DNA of 18,713 nucleotides from a virus: UHGV virus genome UHGV-0067992; one strand, 5' to 3'. Shown piece by piece: positions 17,840 to 18,713 of this stretch (position 1 is its first letter; each line of letters starts with the position of its first letter). The notes under the pieces were generated by a model. It saw only the letters and a program-made list of their open reading frames with translations, ran no database searches and was not told where the DNA came from. The position numbers and the translations under genes were made by a program.

Positions 17840-18229
17840 ATGATGTTTCTGAAACAGGGCACGTTTAATTATGAAAAACAGTCCGTGGTGCTCAGTGAGC
17901 TGTCCGGGCTGCAGAGAATTGAATATCTGGCGTTTCTTCAGCAGCGAACGGCAAAGTTTGATGCCGAAGAGGGAGAACTGCCGGAGGCTGAACGACAGAT
18001 TGCTTTTCTGCGGATGGGGATGGATATCAATGCCTGGCTGGTTTCCCGCTCACTGTGGAATGCGGATCAGTCTAAGGATGTAGAGACGCTTTGCGCATCC
18101 GTTATTACAACATGGTCGTATGATGCCCTGGGTGCGGGGGCGGAGATGGTTCTGTCGCTGAGCGGTATGGGGGCCATTGATAATGCCGTGGATGATGAGC
18201 ATGAGGCGCTGACGCCGGAAAAGTCCTGA
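17840..18229 (+). CDS. G: Tail assembly chaperone, lambda gpG-like
   Basis: LSELSGLQRIEYLAF...TTW...LSLSGM resembles lambda G (LSELSALQRIEHLAL...TTW...LRLSGM); start ATG 17840 or 17843. Confidence 0.8.
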   Translation: MMFLKQGTFNYEKQSVVLSELSGLQRIEYLAFLQQRTAKFDAEEGELPEAERQIAFLRMGMDINAWLVSRSLWNADQSKDVETLCASVITTWSYDALGAGAEMVLSLSGMGAIDNAVDDEHEALTPEKS

Positions 18230-18567
18230 CGCGGGAAATGCAGTTTGTCATGCGGCTTGCCCGGGAGTTCCGGCGGGCAGACTGGCGGCGGATGCTGTCG
18301 GAAATGTCGGCCACTGAGCTTGGTGAGTGGGGCGATTATTTCCGGATGCAGAGCTTCAGTGATGTGTGGATGGATGCGCAGTTTGCCTCGCTGAAGGCAT
18401 TGATCGTGAGAATGGTGTCCGGCAGCAGTGATGCTGCGGTGGCTGATTTCAGCCTTTTACCGGAAGAGAACGGGATACCGGAGCGAACGGACGAAGAACT
18501 GATGCATCTTGGGGAAGGTATTTCCGGAGGTGTGCGTTATGGACCAGATAGCCAACCTGGTCATTGA
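18205..18567 (+). CDS. T: gpT-like segment, open in the -1 frame relative to G; expected to be expressed only as a G-T fusion by programmed -1 frameshift
   Basis: The -1 frame is open from 18205 and overlaps the last 25 nt of G; the overlap contains GGAAAAG (18217-18223); arrangement matches lambda G/G-T. Confidence 0.55.
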   Translation, partial: GADAGKVLTREMQFVMRLAREFRRADWRRMLSEMSATELGEWGDYFRMQSFSDVWMDAQFASLKALIVRMVSGSSDAAVADFSLLPEENGIPERTDEELMHLGEGISGGVRYGPDSQPGH

Positions 18568-18713
18568 TTTGGGGATTGATGCGGCAGAGTTTAAAAATGA
18601 AATTCCCCGTATCAAAAACCTTCTGAATGGTGCAGCCAGCGATGCAGAACGGTCTTCTGCCCGTATGCAGCGTTTTATGGAGCGTCAGACTCAGGCCGCC
18701 CGGCAGACAACGC
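18539..18713 (+). CDS. H: Tail tape-measure protein, lambda gpH-like, N-terminal fragment (runs off the window)
   Basis: MDQIANLVIDLGIDAAEFKNEI resembles the lambda H N-terminus MAEPVGDLVVDLSLDAARFDEQ; SD GGAGG at 18526-18530. Confidence 0.75.
   Translation, partial: MDQIANLVIDLGIDAAEFKNEIPRIKNLLNGAASDAERSSARMQRFMERQTQAARQTT

Overview
The window reads as an internal slice of a lambda-like (lambdoid) enterobacterial prophage, with nearly all genes on the + strand. Left to right: a plus-strand terminator and an AT-rich segment holding one reverse-strand ORF; a NanS-p-type sialate O-acetylesterase; two small ORFs; a lysis cassette (S21-like pinholin, SAR endolysin, Rz with embedded Rz1); a Qin-like accessory cluster (cspI-like, gnsB-like, ydfO-like, small ORFs); a cos site closely resembling lambda cos; then terminase small and large subunits, W-like protein, portal, a ClpP-type protease fused to the major capsid protein, FII-, Z-, U-, V-, G- and G-T-like proteins, and the start of the tape-measure gene. 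The most unusual feature is a low-GC, two-gene convergent cassette of unknown function (3564-4877) wedged between the holin and the endolysin; this is the best candidate for an undescribed system. No rRNA, tRNA, CRISPR or IS element was seen. All calls come from reading the translations and sequence against remembered families; no database search or computation was possible, so coordinates of starts and all functional labels are provisional.
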